Source: an uncultured bacterium (lineage in GTDB: Bacteria; Cyanobacteriota; Cyanobacteriia; CAZCXK01). From it: a stretch of 64,000 bases of DNA. Numbering within the stretch: the stretch's first letter is position 1; the number at the start of each line of letters is the position of its first letter. The position numbers and the translations under genes are program-made. Location of the stretch: NCBI GenBank assembly GCA_964502605.1, contig CAZCXK010000011.1, forward strand, positions 1,053-65,052, given 5' to 3'. Under the pieces are notes generated by a model that saw nothing but the letters and a program-made list of their open reading frames with translations, was not told the DNA's origin and searched no databases. Of the stretch, positions 61,773 through 64,000 are shown piece by piece.

Positions 61773-62867
61773 TTAGTGTAATCGGCATGCTAGTTTGTGA
61801 TGAGTTGCCAGAATGAGGCGCTCCGTTTCTGCCCAACTGATACATTTGTCGGTGACAGATACGCCATACTTAAGCCGACTCAGATCACGAGGAATCGATT
61901 GGTTGCCTTCGTAAAGATTAGACTCAAGCATCAGGCCAATGATGGACGGGTTGCCTGCTAAAATTTGCTGAATAACCTCATTGAAGACTATCGTCTGACG
62001 AGTATGGTCTTTATTGGAGTTACCGTGGCTACAGTCAATGACAATGCGCGGTAACAGGTTCAGTTCTTGAAGGCGATCGCCCACCCATTGCACCGTCTCA
62101 GCGTCATAGTTGGGTTTGCCGCCCCCCCCTCTGAGGATAATGTGGCCATAAGGGTTACCTGTGGTTCTAAAGATACTGACCTGACCATTGGCATTCATTC
62201 CTAGAAAATGATGCGGTGTCATAGAGGCTTGCAGCGCATCGATCGCAACTCTGATGTTGCCGTCAGTGCCATTTTTGAGGCCGATGGGCACAGAAAGACC
62301 GCTCGCCATTTCTCGGTGGGTTTGAGATTCGATGGTGCGGGCTCCGATTGCAGACCATGAAATCAAATCTGACATATACTGAGGCGTAATGGGGTCGAGA
62401 GCCTCAGTGCCAGCAGGTAGGCCAATCTCAGCAACCTGCAAAAGCAATTGACGTGCTTGAAATAGACCTTTCTCGATATGAAATGAGCCATCAAGGAATG
62501 GATCATTAATTAAGCCTTTCCATCCGATGGTGGTGCGGGGCTTCTCAAAATAAACCCGCATAACGATCAGCAACTGATCGCTGACCTGATCTGCCAAAAC
62601 TTTGAGTTTTTCTGCATATTCTAGGGCTGCATTCACATCGTGGATTGAGCAGGGGCCTACAACTACAAATTTACGTGGATCAGTGCCGTTGATGATTGCG
62701 GCGATCGCCTCTCGTCCATTGAGTACATTTGTAGCGGCGGCCTCACTAATCGGTAGTTTCTGAATGAGTTCAGCGGGGGATGGTAATCGCTGGGATGATT
62801 CGATATGAGTGTCAATCAGCGTCCGCGTGTCCATTGTGTGTCTGGTCTCCAACATAGTCCGCTTCAA
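61773..62867 (-). CDS. 3-deoxy-7-phosphoheptulonate (DAHP) synthase, class I (AroG/AroF type)
   Basis: ...KFVVVGPCSIHD..., ...VMRVYFEKPRTTIGWKGLINDP..., ...GARTIESQTHREMASG.... An alternative start at the Met at 62834 is preceded by GGAGA. Confidence 0.9.
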   Translation of the reverse strand: MKRTMLETRHTMDTRTLIDTHIESSQRLPSPAELIQKLPISEAAATNVLNGREAIAAIINGTDPRKFVVVGPCSIHDVNAALEYAEKLKVLADQVSDQLLIVMRVYFEKPRTTIGWKGLINDPFLDGSFHIEKGLFQARQLLLQVAEIGLPAGTEALDPITPQYMSDLISWSAIGARTIESQTHREMASGLSVPIGLKNGTDGNIRVAIDALQASMTPHHFLGMNANGQVSIFRTTGNPYGHIILRGGGGKPNYDAETVQWVGDRLQELNLLPRIVIDCSHGNSNKDHTRQTIVFNEVIQQILAGNPSIIGLMLESNLYEGNQSIPRDLSRLKYGVSVTDKCISWAETERLILATHHKLACRLH

Positions 62868-63309
62868 GAATTGGCAACGACTGGTGTGAGGTCAGCGTCC
62901 AGACTAACTATGCTAGTCTGTAGCGATCGCCACAATTTTGGCCGCACCTCCCATTCAACCCTACCAGCAAATTATTAAAACGAACGCATCGTTCTCTGAC
63001 ACAGTGCCAAATTGTAGGCTCAGTCGGGCGATCGCTAGAATTAAGGAAAGCTGAGAGGGAGCATCCCACATTTGCAAATTTATCGATGTTTGTAGTGCGG
63101 GCATCTTGCCCGCGAGCGAGACGCAGATGCTACGCATCGCTAAAGCGAATGCACTGCATCTGCAAAACTGGGATGCACCCAGCCAAGACTCTGCTGGGTC
63201 AATGTGGCGGCACGCATCAATTGATTTGATCGGGCAATTCGATCAGGCTCATGTCCTCAGCAGATAAAAATTTTGGATCGGGGCGACATCTTTAGGAGCT
63301 ACAACGACT

Positions 63310-64000
63310 ATGCCAAACATGTCAAAAATTATCTACACATCATTCACATTAGTGGTCTTGTTGCTGGCAAGCTGTGGAGGTGAGTCGGCACCGTCATCTG
63401 ATCTGTCATCGGGTGATGGGCCCACGTTCCCCTCGCAGTCGTCCGATCGTGAATCACCGACCTCTACAGAATCTACTACAGAGTCTACTGCAGCGGAGAC
63501 AGGGGCGATCGCCAGCCTACTGCCAGACACCCAGATCATCCCTGGAGTGCGGGTCGGCTCTGTAACCTCAACCACAACCCGGCAAGAGTTAGCTGAGAAA
63601 TTTGGAGAAGACCGCCTCATGGATGAAGAGGTGAATGTCGGAGAGGGCTTTACAGAATCTGGCACTCGCGTCGATTTAGGGCCTGAACACTCATTTAGCG
63701 TCATCTGGACAGACAATACGCAATCCCAACCGTTGGAAGTCCGCAATTTGGGCACAGCCTGGGAAATACCTGAAGGCATTGGCATCGGGACATCGTTCGC
63801 TGAGCTGCAGCAGGTCTTGGGTACCTTCGAGCTCTATGGATTTGCCTGGGACTATGGCGGCACGATCCTTTTGGATGGCACCCAATTGGCCGAATATGAA
63901 CCTTTCTTAGTTATGCGCGTCCAGCCTTCATCGAATGTCGCCGTTCAAAATGAGGCCGACTACCAAGCTGTCATCGGAGACTCCCTCTACGACTCGACCA
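63310..64000 (+). CDS. Predicted lipoprotein (partial; continues beyond window end)
   Basis: Not in the ORF track because it runs off the window. AGGAG lies ~13 nt upstream of ATG 63310. Signal plus lipobox ...FTLVVLLLASCGG.... No in-frame stop through 64000. The overlapping minus-strand ORF 63333-63785 is rejected. Confidence 0.6.
   Translation, partial: MPNMSKIIYTSFTLVVLLLASCGGESAPSSDLSSGDGPTFPSQSSDRESPTSTESTTESTAAETGAIASLLPDTQIIPGVRVGSVTSTTTRQELAEKFGEDRLMDEEVNVGEGFTESGTRVDLGPEHSFSVIWTDNTQSQPLEVRNLGTAWEIPEGIGIGTSFAELQQVLGTFELYGFAWDYGGTILLDGTQLAEYEPFLVMRVQPSSNVAVQNEADYQAVIGDSLYDST

Noticed and set aside
63333-63785. 150-aa minus-strand ORF from the track
   Set aside because: Overlaps a + strand frame with a much better gene model (SD, signal peptide, lipobox, open to the window end). 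Its own translation is low-complexity Ser/Pro/Asp-rich.

Overview
This 64 kb window looks like chromosomal DNA from a cyanobacterium: the HIP1 octamer GCGATCGC occurs dozens of times, and there are cyanobacteria-typical genes such as a CpcS/CpeS phycobilin lyase. Gene content is dominated by core housekeeping functions: rimP-nusA-ylxR-infB, uvrA, gatB, ffh, panB, mreBCD, ssb, cobB/cbiA, rnc, carA, ftsH, hisS, cysH and a class I DAHP synthase. Interspersed are a small polysaccharide set (Wzm/Wzt-type ABC exporter, GDP-mannose 4,6-dehydratase, GT4 glycosyltransferase), regulators (LuxR, XRE-cupin, PadR, NarL-type response regulator), and several uncharacterised small genes. I see no rRNA, no convincing tRNA, no CRISPR array and no intact mobile element. 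I found no unambiguous novel multi-gene system. The most unusual items are listed below.
- A two-gene sensory module whose first histidine kinase carries an N-terminal ETR1-like ethylene-binding domain fused to PAS and a HisKA_2/HWE-type kinase core.
- An 858-aa AMIN-domain protein with a ~550-aa acidic/Pro-rich disordered linker and a C-terminal domain that by eye resembles the TrbI/VirB10 beta-barrel, abutting a retropepsin-like lipoprotein.
- An orphan 923-aa SMC/Rad50-like ATPase with no CxxC zinc hook and no nuclease partner, next to a ~600 bp stretch of frame-broken coding remnants.
- A 1.2 kb gene-free, markedly AT-rich, HIP1-poor block between a PadR gene and a response-regulator gene.
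- Several tandem-repeat or hairpin-terminator elements in intergenic regions that could mark small RNAs or operator arrays.
Manually derived coordinates may be off by 1-2 nt; ORF-track coordinates were used wherever possible.
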